NCBI RefSeq assembly: GCF_006345805.1
Contig: NC_042999.1
Span: forward strand, 104,656,001-104,720,000
Length of the DNA: 64,000 nucleotides
Reading direction: 5' to 3'
Source: Octopus sinensis
Lineage: Eukaryota
Part shown: piece by piece, positions 51,976 to 64,000 of the stretch
Numbering within the stretch: position 1 is the stretch's first letter
How the letters are laid out: the number at the start of each line of letters is the position of its first letter
Translations under genes and position numbers: made by a program
Notes under the pieces: model-generated
What the model saw: only the letters and a program-made list of their open reading frames with translations
Told to the model about the DNA's origin: nothing
The model's database searches: none

Positions 51976-53770
51976 GTGTGTGTGTATGAATCATCAGTAG
52001 TTCATATATCCGAAAAGGAGCACACTCTAAAGCATTAAAACAATGTATTTTTCAGGAAGTTAAAAGTTATGACGTTAGCTTTCTCAACAAAAAGCAATTG
52101 TCCATACTGAGCAACCAGGGACTTATGTAAACAAGAGCAAGTGATCATAAATTTGCTTGGCTGAAAGGGCAAGAATCCTAAAACAACTAGCGCGACGCGG
52201 AGGCCTTTTTAAGCTCCAGGAAAGATGTATTCAGTTAATGCCCTTATCTAAAACGTTTCCTCCCTCAAACTTAGAATTCTTCTTTCGTTGAATACTTCCA
52301 TCACACCTCCTTCGAATATCACCATGAACGAAGCCGATGTAAGGAGGAGAATCCAGTCCTGCTAAAACCGATTTGCAGCACGAACAATTATTTTTTGTTT
52401 ACAAATCCACGTGTTCGTTACGTATTTATTCCTACAGTTCTAGAGAGGTTATGCGCCTTCAGCCTTTTGAATCTGCCGAGTCTAAGCGTTTTATAGATGC
52501 GAAACCAATGGTCACTCTGTGACCGGACATATATTTTAACTTCCGAAGTTATATATATATATATCTGTGTGTGTGTTTATCAATGTCCGTATGTGTCTGT
52601 ATGTATATATATGTGTATACATACATACACATGCACGTGCGCACACACACACATGCATAAATTAATGTTTGGTTTTATGTTCAGTTATGATGGAAATATT
52701 TTACATTAATCTGACAGGTTACTCTATAGTTTTGTAGAATACTGATTTATCTTTTTTGAACAGGAATATTTTTGACAGTCATTTGGAGGTTTGGACCAGT
52801 TAATCCACCGTCGAACTACGTTACCTGGCCGAAACTTCGAAGTTACTGTCATCTGTATATATCTATAAAATAGATTTCGAATCATGAGTTTTGAACAAGA
52901 AACCCCATGGACCATACATATACATTATCGTCAGGAATATCAACAGCTGCAATAATAAGTGCCGCAGCAGCATTGAAACCAAACGAAAACAACAAAAACA
53001 ACTGCAGCAGGAGAAGCGACAGTAGCTGCAACACCAGCAGTAGCATTTGGTGGCTATAATTACGTTTCATTAGCAAGTTAAATGCGTGAAGTTGTTTGAT
53101 CTAAATCCCTGTTCAAATGCGAACTAAGAATTTATGAGCATCAGATAAAGGAGTTCAAAGACACACTAATGCAATGTTTTCGATAACAGGCATGCAGTAG
53201 AGGTGCGCATGCTAGAAGTCATGTACAAACTAGCTTACAGTCGCACAGACACATAACACAGGAAAGATATGCATATACATACGCCCATTAGTACGCACAC
53301 CGACAGATATATAGATGAGACATTGATTCGATGTCGTAAAATACTTTGTGACAGAGACATATCGCCTTGTTACTCTCCGTCTCGCTCTAACTACACGTAT
53401 AAGCAGACAATACGCATACATATATACGTGTGTGTCAATGTCTGAGTGTATGTATGTGATTGAGTGTATTGTACCTACACACACACACACACACGCACAT
53501 ACACACACACAGGTATAATGGGGAGTAGCTTTTGAGATAGCTTCTGGAAACATCTCTGATTCTATCTTTATTGTTTAACATTATATAAATACATATGTGT
53601 GTGTGTTTGTGTGTATGTGTCCGTGTGCATGTGTGTAAATATAAAAGTATATAGCTATCTATTTATATATATATATATATGGGCATACGCTATTACGATA
53701 TACATACAAATACACACACACACACACATATATATTCAGGTATACATACGTATGCACATATAATAACGGA

Positions 53771-53881
<111 letters not shown>

Positions 53882-54394
53882 GCATGTAAACAGATAGACA
53901 CACGCATATCAGTGAGTATTCGCGTATGTGATGCTTGGATCTAGATATGCACATATACACACATACACATACACACGTACATGCATACACTCACCGATAC
54001 ACATATACATACACACATATATGTACATGTATGTGTGCATATATGTTTATATGTATCTGTATCTCTCTCTCTCTCTCTATCTATCTATCTTTCTATCTAT
54101 CTATCTATCTATCTATATATATATATATATCTATGTAAAAGCCTATATATAATTCACTAGTATTTTCCTCACTTAAGTTCTAGAAAAATACAACACTAAC
54201 ATTCATTTCCATTAGATATATACACAAGCATATATCAGTTTTGAATACACTGCGTAGTTGAGATATGGCGCTACTTAATTCTTAGTTCAATGTCATTGCA
54301 TGAAACATTAAATATATATCGAAATTCAAAGCCTCGGCCTTATCAATGCACAATGAGTAGAATTTGGAAGACAGAAACAGTGCAGAGCCCTTAA

Positions 54395-54432
54395 TCAATC
54401 AATAAATCAATCAATAAATCATCAATCAATCA

Positions 54433-54520
<88 letters not shown>

Positions 54521-54557
54521 GTCTGTCTGTCTGTCTGTCTGTTTGCTTGTCTGTCTG

Positions 54558-54636
<79 letters not shown>

Positions 54637-54720
54637 GTCTGTCTGTCTGACTGTCTGTCTGTCTGTCAGTCTGTCAGTCTGTCTGTCTGTTTGTCTATCT
54701 ATATATCTATCAATCAATCA
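54395..54720. repeat. (ATCA)n/(TATC)n/(TGTC)n compound microsatellite
   Basis: Direct reading. Confidence 0.97.
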
Positions 54721-55325
54721 AGAGTGATACATAAAAATCCGGTGTATTTTTATGTATCACTCTTGAAAACGAACTTTTGGTTATCTACAATATAACCCTG
54801 ACACACAAATTTAAGCAAGTTTCCTAGTGATTACCAGTGATATATCTGGTGTGTTAGAATTATTTAGAATACTCAAGCAAGACGAAGCATCAATACACTA
54901 CAAGTTTAAAACTCAGTTAGAATTGTTTCATGCCGTCCGTTTCGAACGATCTTACTTAAAAATTATTATGTGTGCCAAATTATACAATATCTTTATAAAT
55001 TCATACATGGTTGAATATGTCTGAGTGGCACCTCATCAGACTTCTACTACGAAGAATATATAATTTCAGTATATTTTACTATGTGCAGATTTATAGAGAT
55101 GTATATTCTCTGAGATATGCCAAAACAATTTAGCAGAATATTATAAAGCAGGTAAGACCATGTCATTGATAGGGTTACAGGCGGTGATGAAAATACATTG
55201 TCGAAACAACTGACTGAATGAGCAAAAGATTGATTAAACAGTTGCTTCCGTTATTAATTAATTAGTTAACTAAAAATTATGAAAAATACTACAAAAGTAA
55301 GAAGAAAAACAACTACAGTAAAAAC

Positions 55326-55361
<36 letters not shown>

Positions 55362-56209
55362 AATGATAAGGAGGAGGTGGAGTGGACTTGTTTTATTGGT
55401 CAAAATAGTCTAAACTACTGAGGAAAATATAAAAGATGGTGTTTGCATCGATTGAAAGAAAAATCAACAAAAGTAAAGGGTATGACAAAGAATATAGCAA
55501 AAGGTGTAAAAATAAAATTCAAGCAAAAGTTTCAACAAGAAAGTTTTTCCAAGAGCAGAGCAGTTCAACAATAGTATTTCGAGATCAAAATCAACACAAA
55601 AGATTTAGATTGCTCATCCGTTTCCAGAACATCAAAAGTGCTGTCTACTACTTTCTTTTCTTCTACATAGAAAGAGAAAAGCATACTCAGAGGAGAGAAT
55701 TCAGTTTCGCTGCTCTCAATTACTTTTTGGAAACGCAGACTAGAAGGATGCGTATATCTTTGCCTCCCGCTATCTTCACTTCAAGTGATACTTAAAAACA
55801 TTACTTATAACTTAGCCAGTTCGGAAATTACCTGTTTTCGAAACTTTCATATTATTCCACTGCCTAACATCTTTCGCCATTAGCAACAAAGAAGTCAAAA
55901 ATCTTTCCCTCGTTACCTGCCAAAGTGAGTTAGCGTATCGATGCTCACTAGAGATTTGATTGACAGCCTAACTCGTCCTATACGCAAAGGTAAATGTTCG
56001 ACGCAGTCTCTTAATTTGCTAACGCATTGACAATGAAGGATGGCGTGCTAATAGTTTCCTTCCTTTCATGCATTTCAGAGAGGTTTAGCTTTTGGTGCTT
56101 CCAGCTTGCTGCCAGTTGAAGCAGACGGCTATTAAGGGAGGGGTGAAACAGTGTGGCATATTGAAATGTAGTATATCAGCCAGACGATCCAACCCAGACA
56201 GTTTGCAAC

Positions 56210-56400
56210 TCACAAGTACCTCAGCGCACCCGCCATTACATCAGATGAACAAAATTTCAGGGAATGGATGAATGGCAAAGTCAACCTCGGTGATGTTTGA
56301 ACTCAGAACGTAAAACCGGAGCGATAGTATTTCTGCCAGCTAGCCACCTCAGATAATTATTTCTACTATAGGCACAAAACCCGAAATTTTACGGGAGGCA
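56210..56400 (-). mobile_element. Degenerate type M SINE
   Basis: GGCAAAGTCAACCTCGGTGATGTTTGAACTCAGAACGTAA. Confidence 0.65.
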
Positions 56401-58079
56401 GCTAGACGTCATTGATAAGGTTACATGCTGTAAGGAAAAGACATTTTCGAAGCGATTGATTAAAGGACAATAAGTACACAATGTGTTATAACCACTTGTA
56501 TCAATTTTGATAGACATTTGATGTGAAAATGTGTGTTGAAACAGATGTTGTTGCACTTTGGGAGCGATCATTTTGATAATTAAATCAGACATATTAGTTG
56601 TATTGCACTTTATTTTTCATTAGTAACAGTCAACTAGTTTACTAATTATCTTATAAGTTGTACGATCAATCATTTGAAGAATCATTCAATGAATTAGTTG
56701 ATTTTTCAGAAACCTTTCACAATCTGGAAGCTTACTGTAGACTTGCCCTCATCTGTTCTTCTCGGTGCAAATGGACACTCCTTGAAGTTCCTCAAACTAA
56801 CTTTAGCTCGGTTTTTATTTGTAATTCAGTGTTTGGACTGTGCGTATGCATGTGTGTGTGCATCTGTGTACCTCATTTTAATTGAACTGCTGTTATAGTC
56901 TGTACTTTTATATTTCATCTGTTGTAGCTTCTTGTTGACGTGTGGGTTACAGATGTGGTTTCTGTACCAGTGTTTCTGCTGGATAATATTGTTATTCTTT
57001 TGAATGGGAGGAAGGTATTTCTAATTTCATGTTACAGTCTTTTGCCAAAATGAGTGATTGCTGTGTAAATTCCCTTTTTCTTACTTATTAAGTAACATCA
57101 TGCATTTCAGTTTCTCAGCCTGTTGTTTTATAAAGCTGAAGTGTGTTTGTGTGTATATATATGTAGGAGAAGGTATGTATTACACACATACACACACACA
57201 CACGCACACGCAAACACACACACACACACCACACACACACACACACATATGTATACACACACAAACACACGCACATAAGAACGCACAAGCACACACATGC
57301 ACAAGCACTACAGACACGTGTTGTATCGTCTTTTTCCCAGAAAAAAATTACTTTGATCCAGGATGGTATATATATTTATATATAACATGTATACATATTT
57401 TGATGTATGTAAAACCCGATGTATATTTCTCTGTGCGAGACAGTTTAAGCCATGTTTAACTTTTTATGATCATTATTCAACAGAAGAAAGTCTCTCTCGT
57501 TTACTTGTCTTTCCAAAAACTAATATAAGGCAACATTCCAGTTGTGTCTACTAATATTATATATGTATATGTGTGTGTATGTGTGAATATACATATATAT
57601 CTACAAAAAATATAAACACATTCACACAAACTGGAAAACTGTTCCTTGAAAGATACAGAAATCTTTATTTTATAAAAGTTACTTGCACATCCAATGTAAG
57701 CATCACGGTTAAGGAGAAAATGTGTAAATATATGACTGAAGAGAAATTTTATTGTTATTATCATCCATTGGTGAAACGTTTTACATCTATTTTTATAATT
57801 TGATTAGTCCAAATAAAGTCGATCTTGTATGATACAGCATCTTTGGACCTGTATCAGTTTAATAAGGTTGTCGAATCACTGACCGTTTTATTAGTGCCTT
57901 GCAGTTTACACTATAGCGAAACACCTCATCTTGCATTAGAATATACTCTCGGTCATTGTAAGGTGGTTAACGAAGGCGAAGAAACATTAAATGAAAACAT
58001 ATGCGATTTTAATGAAGAACTAGTAAGATAAAGGGTGCAGACACAATTATTCTGTTGACTGCTAAGAAAATACACCACC

Positions 58080-58750
58080 GTCACTTCCAGACTGAATTTT
58101 CAAGTAAGCAGAGTCACATTTTAGGCAATTCAGTCAGAATCATCATTTTCAGCCTGAAAGGTGATTGAAACATCAGGATCTGGGAGTGAAACTGGAAGAA
58201 TAAATTCTTCAAGAACTGGTTATGGAATTGCTGTTCAACTGATTGTCATTGAATTGACTCTTCCATGGCACGGAATTTGATTATTTCTTGTGAACTTATC
58301 CTTCAAACACGTATACTGTTTAATATCTTTTGGTATTTCTTTATTAGTTTATGCTGCCGTATAGAAATATTCATTATTGATTGTCTTGTAATAAAACTGC
58401 GTTACTGCAGGCATTTTACAACTTCACCTGTCACCTAAATTAATATTTCAGTTTCATCACTGTGTTCGTCTTCACTTTCTTGGTCGAGGTTTACAATCAT
58501 TTGCTCGCTTTCCTAGGCAAGATGATGATGTACATTTACTTACTATAGCGTTGTCTAAATTCACCCATTCTATAACAACTTCACCTTGCCTTTTTCAATT
58601 GAAATCCTAAATTCAGTAAACCCATTTATAGTGTCTTTACTGGGTGCAGACTCAAACGTTGAATTTGATCTCAATGTCTACTGTCCATTTTTCTATGAGG
58701 CTGCCTTTACAATCCTCCACTCATTAGCAATGCAGTAAACTATATCTCTC
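58080..58750 (-). mobile_element. Highly decayed Tc1/mariner-like remnant
   Basis: Degenerate SPD-like C-terminal motif and a weak catalytic-core resemblance on the minus strand. Confidence 0.3.
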
Positions 58751-59527
58751 ATATTTATGGTAAAACCTGAAAGGCGACTAGATTAGTAAAGGTCGACTTT
58801 ATTTCTGAATCAATTTTTCCCATATTAATTGTTTCCATTTACCAGTGGTTGTATTAAAAATGCTATAATCATTGTCTCAGAAATTCGTGTTGATCACATA
58901 TAAGCAACATAGACGTAGTTATTGGCTATGGGTAAAGGCATGGATGCTTAGTTAACTCTCTTGCATTGCAATCAAATCTTTTGATCTCATTGCTTGTATT
59001 TTGGGCGCCTTTTACGATAGCCTCGAATTGATCCAAGCTTTTTTGGGCGAAATCAAGTATACAGTAACTGTGCAGAAACATACCAGAGTGATCTGCAGCT
59101 GAAATTGTGTAAGACGTAAGCTATCATCTTCTTTAATATCTGATACTAGGATATTTTTTTGTAAAATTCGCTGCTTTAAGCATTCGTATTAATTCTTGAG
59201 TCCCAAGAAAACCTGATACCGGAAAGCACTATACATAAGATGATGTTCCATTCTTAATTTTATCCTTCTTTCTTTCCTCCCATTCTTTGCTTTGTTTGTT
59301 TGTTTGTTTGTTTGTTTCTTTCTTCCTTCATTCCTTCTTCCTTTTTTACTCTGCTAATGTTTTATCCACTGCAAAAAAGATTATGGGCGCAGCAATTATT
59401 TCTTTCACTAAGACATATAAAAATAAAAGAATTAGCAAGACAAACATTAAGAAGAAACAAGAATTTGGTAGAATTTTGAATTCATCCTGAATATTGTTTA
59501 TTCTGCCAAACAGATGTATGTATATAT

Positions 59528-59588
<61 letters not shown>

Positions 59589-60926
59589 ACACACACACAC
59601 ACACACACGCACACACACACATGTATATATCAATTTATATGTATATATATATATATATATATATGTATCAATTTATATATATTGTATATGCATGGATATT
59701 CGGATGTTCATACGTAATGTTCTGATATAAACACACATACACACATGCACACACACACGCACACACACTCACTAACACACACACACACATATGCTTACAT
59801 AAATGAATACATATATATATATCCATATATATATTTCTAAAAACCCACCAACCATATATACCTGCAAGCATGCTACATGCATGCATACATACACATACAC
59901 ATGCACATATGGAATAAAGACATTACGACTAACCAAGAATTGGGTAGAAATTTGAAATCACCCTGTAACTTGTTTATTTTGCCAGAAATAACATTATTAG
60001 TGACTGGCACCAGCTATTTCAGGAAAATAGAGAAGAATTAGTTTTGAGATAACATGCACAGAAAAGTTGAAGTCTACATAGAATGCTTGACAGTGTTACT
60101 TTTTGTTTACGTAATAAGATTTCTTTCTTTATCTAATAGGTGTTTTCGACTATTAAAATTTACATCAAGCTGTTATTTTTGCTTAGTTCCACGTGTCAGC
60201 CGTGATTGAGGCAAATTATGATCAGAGAGACGTTTAGATATGACTGGCACATCCTTTTAAGAGTACAATAGTTAATATACTCAACATTAACTATTGTACT
60301 CTGATGTGTAAGGAAATATTGTGTGATTTAATAATTTCAACTACTACGCATTGCAGGTCAAACATCTTAGTTGTTTTCTTTTGGTGTCATATGATAGCCA
60401 AGTCATTTGATTCAACCTGTTTTAGTATATATCTAGCATCTTGGATGATATCTGTGATAGGGAGGCCTCTGAGCATTTAAAAATATATCTATTATTCATT
60501 AAAAAGCTGCAGAAAGGAAACAAGTACTGATCCCCTAGGCGTTTTCTAGGACAATATAGACAGTATTATTGTATTATCACACATATAAGAATTATGTATC
60601 TCTATGGTATAGTGTTCACTTTTAGATTTATCGACCATAATGTATTTGCCATCTCTACGCCTATCATTATCAGTCACGTAATATATTTACCAACTCATCT
60701 GAAGCAGAACATAGGAGAATATTTGATAGCATTTTCGTTTGAAGGTTATTGATTACAAAGCGACAGGCATATAATCCATAAAGTGCAAATGAAAGAGCTA
60801 TTAATGCTAACAAATACAGAGAAGGGGAAAAAATAAAACAGAAAACATTTATGACTGAATATAAATCTTAGAAACACATACACTGACATATATATGAATA
60901 TAATGTATTTGAGTGTATATATATAT

Positions 60927-60957
<31 letters not shown>

Positions 60958-61223
60958 ACACATGTACGTGTGCGTGTATGTGCATACATGCATACATATA
61001 CGTATATACACAGACACATACACACAGATATACATATGTATATTACTATTTATGTATATGAGGGTAAGTTGCAATCACTGGGCTACACATTACTCAGAAT
61101 TTTGTCGAATGAATCGGGCATCTTCAGCTAGCTCTCAAGAAGTAGCATGATGAAGCAAGCAATCTCTTATGCTCCCTTCTTCCTTCTTTCCACCGCACTA
61201 TGCCCCCTCCTCCATACATTATG

Positions 61224-61279
<56 letters not shown>

Positions 61280-62569
61280 GAGACAAGGTGATTGAATAAT
61301 TAAGATGTCGAATATTCCACGGTAAAATGGCCCCTCTTCATATATATGAGTGTGTACGTGTGTGTGCGCGTGTTTGTGTGTGTTTGTGTGTGTGTGTATG
61401 TGTGTGTGCGTATAACTTATATGTACATATATAAAAATGAGAGATAGATTTTGTAATTCACGAGACTCTTTATTCAGGGATTACGATCTTTTCGATTCAT
61501 TATGCACCAGTATCTTACAGATGAGATACTGCACAATCAATTGTCACCCATTAAAAGTGCAGATGCATCTCCTTAGGTGACTTTTCAAAAAGTACCCTCT
61601 TTTTTACTGGCTATTTATCTTATTTCTATAATTTTAGTTTGTGTAGTATTCCATCCGTCTCCATAATAAACTGAGATAGAGTGAAAGAAACTGTCTCTTA
61701 TAGGTAGTAAAACTATAAACGGGATTTAAACGGAACACTACAAAATTATTACATGTATATATGCGTATACATGTATACGTATATACGTATGCTTTATATT
61801 TTCTTCAAAGTCATATGTTTCTATTTAAAGTTGTCGAAACTGGCATAATCCATGGCGACATAGCTAATGAAGACCCTACACCCAAAGGGTATTAATTCTG
61901 GACCATTGCTCTCTGATTTCAAATAACGTAGTAGTATAGTACTTGGAACGATAAAGTTTCTGTCCCCACTCTTTTCCTTTCCCTCCTTTAAAAATCGGCA
62001 ATGCTCAGTAAGGAGTAAAGATGGTCAGTGCTGTGTTTGAATACTAAAGATACGTCATATACGGTTCTCCTACGAATGCGGAAGGAGGTAGGGTCCATTT
62101 TTCCTTTGTTTCTGTCTTTTTGTGCCTGTCCATGTCTCTCTCTACATGTATCACTGCTCTACATATATCACTGTATTACTGTGTCAACTGCTGGTTACTA
62201 GGCACTTTCTTGCATTGCTGTACCTTTCGACTGATGCGATTCTATAGGCTCGGCGGACAGACCAACACTCCCTCTGGACAGGACACCAGTCAGTGGCAAG
62301 GTTAGGCTTTTACAGCTACCTGAGCTGGAGCAACATCAAAGGAAGTGTTATCACAACGCACCACCATCTCAGTTCTAGTAATCAAAACCACTATCTTCGT
62401 GAGTCATGAGTGCAACACATTAGCCACAAGGCTACGTGCTTTGGTATGTATGTATGTATGTATGTATGTATGTATGCATGTATGTATGTATGTATGTATG
62501 TATGTATGTATGTATGTTTGTATATTTGCATGTATATATGCATGTATGTATGGTTGTATATATGTATTC

Positions 62570-62769
62570 TTTTTTCTTGTTTCAGTCACTTAACTGCTGC
62601 CATACTGGAGCACCGCCATTTAGGCGAACAAGTCGACTCCAGGACTTATTCTCTGTAAATCTAGTACTTATTATATCGGTCTCTTTTGCCGAATCGCTAA
62701 TTTACAAGGACGTAAACACACCAAGTTAGGTTGTTGAGCGATGGTGGGGCGACAAACATTGGCACACAA

Positions 62770-62820
<51 letters not shown>

Positions 62821-63310
62821 CATACACACACGACAGACTTCTTTCGGTTTCCGTCTACCGAATCCACTCACAAGGTGCCACGCACTGAGGCTGAATCCGA
62901 AACCATGTGGTTGGGAAGCAAGCTTCTTACCACACAGCCACTCCAGCGTCTAGATGTATGTATGCATTTTTTAAAGTTGAGTACTCATTTTATTGGGCTA
63001 TTTTGGCGAACTCCTAAGTTACCGGGGACGCAAACACACCAACATCGGTTGTCAAGCAGTGACGGGGGGGGGCAAACACAGACACAGAATCAGACATACA
63101 TTAAAAGAATATTCATACACGCACACACACAGACATACACACACATACATATGACGGACTTCTTTCAGTTTCCGTCGAACAAATTCACTCTCAAGGCTTT
63201 GGCCACTGAGAGACTATATTGGAAGACACTCACCCAGGGTGCTACCCAGTAGGACTGAACCTAGAACCATGTGGTGAGAAGCAAGCTTCTGACTACACAG
63301 CCATGCCTGC
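62570..63310 (-). mobile_element. Two adjacent type C1 SINEs
   Basis: Heads ..AAGCAAGCTTCT(T/G)AC(C/T)ACACAGCCA at about 62940 and 63300; TTTCCGTC..AATCCACTCACAAGG bodies. Confidence 0.8.
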
Positions 63311-63399
63311 GCCTACACACACACCCACACACAAAACAAAATAGAAAATCTGGCTGCGTGCGTCAGCAGTCATGAATGTAATGAATGAGTACAAACAAT

Positions 63400-63930
63400 A
63401 AAAAGCACATAGTAGACCGAACATACGAACAAGCAAACAAAAGAGAATATCGAGATTTCATTAGCTTTGTCGCCATGGATTATGACAGTTTCGACTATGT
63501 GAGACATAATTGCGTAATTCGAAATGCTAACACCCGTTGGATACAATTGTTCGGCAATAATCAAGAGAAAAACATATAGTGGAGCGTTTGCAATTGAGCT
63601 GGAGAATGCACAAGAGGAATTGGGTGTATGCTTAAGGCTTTGCGAATAGAACAGCAAAACGAAAGAAGACCATAAATATAAATACGAAGAAATTATACAA
63701 AATGAATCTTTATACGACACAAAACAACAGCGCAACAAGAAGAACGCGGAAAAGAAAATACACGATAAATTCTGGCCGATGTTCTTAAAAAAATAAGGGA
63801 CATTAAAAGATTGGGAGTGCTCACTACACGAGCTGTGAGGTAAATGAGAGATCAGCGGCCAAAACGGATGCAGGAAGTGGTTAGCTGAGCAGCAATGCGT
63901 TAGCGTTCGGTGTTTCTCGTTGCTTATTTT
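63400..63930 (+). mobile_element. Decayed RTE-like LINE RT remnant with deletions
   Basis: KREYRDFISFVAMDYDSFDYVRHN resembles REYxxPLxxxFxDYEKAFDSVxH. DVLKKIRDIKR resembles the RTE post-RT region. Confidence 0.4.
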
Positions 63931-64000
63931 CATGTGACAGATTTTATGACTAATAGGGCCTTCTCATATTCATTGACGAAAGCTTTATGGGTTAAGCTGA

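Noticed and set aside
52056-52126. Possible next exon (TTTTTCAG acceptor, EVKSYDVSFLNKKQLSILSNQGL)
   Set aside because: The donor GTAAAC is weak and there is no homology clue, so it is unsupported without RNA data.
55436-55795. 119-aa ORF
   Set aside because: Low-complexity, A-rich sequence with no motif or splice support.
57735-57790. CTGAAGA..GAAACGTT as an HHR
   Set aside because: Stem II and an adjacent stem I cannot be formed.
63370-63933. 187-aa minus-strand ORF
   Set aside because: No recognisable domain; it lies antisense to a decayed RTE-like remnant.

Overview
AT-rich, microsatellite-dense eukaryotic DNA. The SINE families and repeat content point to an octopus or other coleoid cephalopod (inference). 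No prokaryotic features, CRISPR arrays or rRNA/tRNA genes were recognised, and nearly all ORFs in the supplied track are translations of microsatellites or antisense shadows of transposons. The main structure is a ~4.3 kb palindrome (4708-9004): two ~2.0 kb inverted arms of a young Neptune-type Penelope-like retroelement (RT + Zn-finger + GIY-YIG) around a 256 bp spacer, set in (AT)n. Each arm carries a minimal type I hammerhead ribozyme (HHR) with a U3-A8 core. Two more short (AT)n-embedded elements (about 9520-9705 and 39045-39205) carry a second HHR variant (U6 plus an extra A after A9). Two independently 5'-truncated Tx1/L1-type LINEs both sit in (TATC)n arrays. R4/Dong-like, RTE and CR1-type LINE remnants, Tc1/mariner remnants, a Helentron derivative carrying an OTU protease, and many tRNA-derived SINEs fill the rest. 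The only host-gene candidate is a signal-peptide exon at 37599-37646 (+). Alignments were done by eye, so boundaries are approximate except where motifs are quoted.
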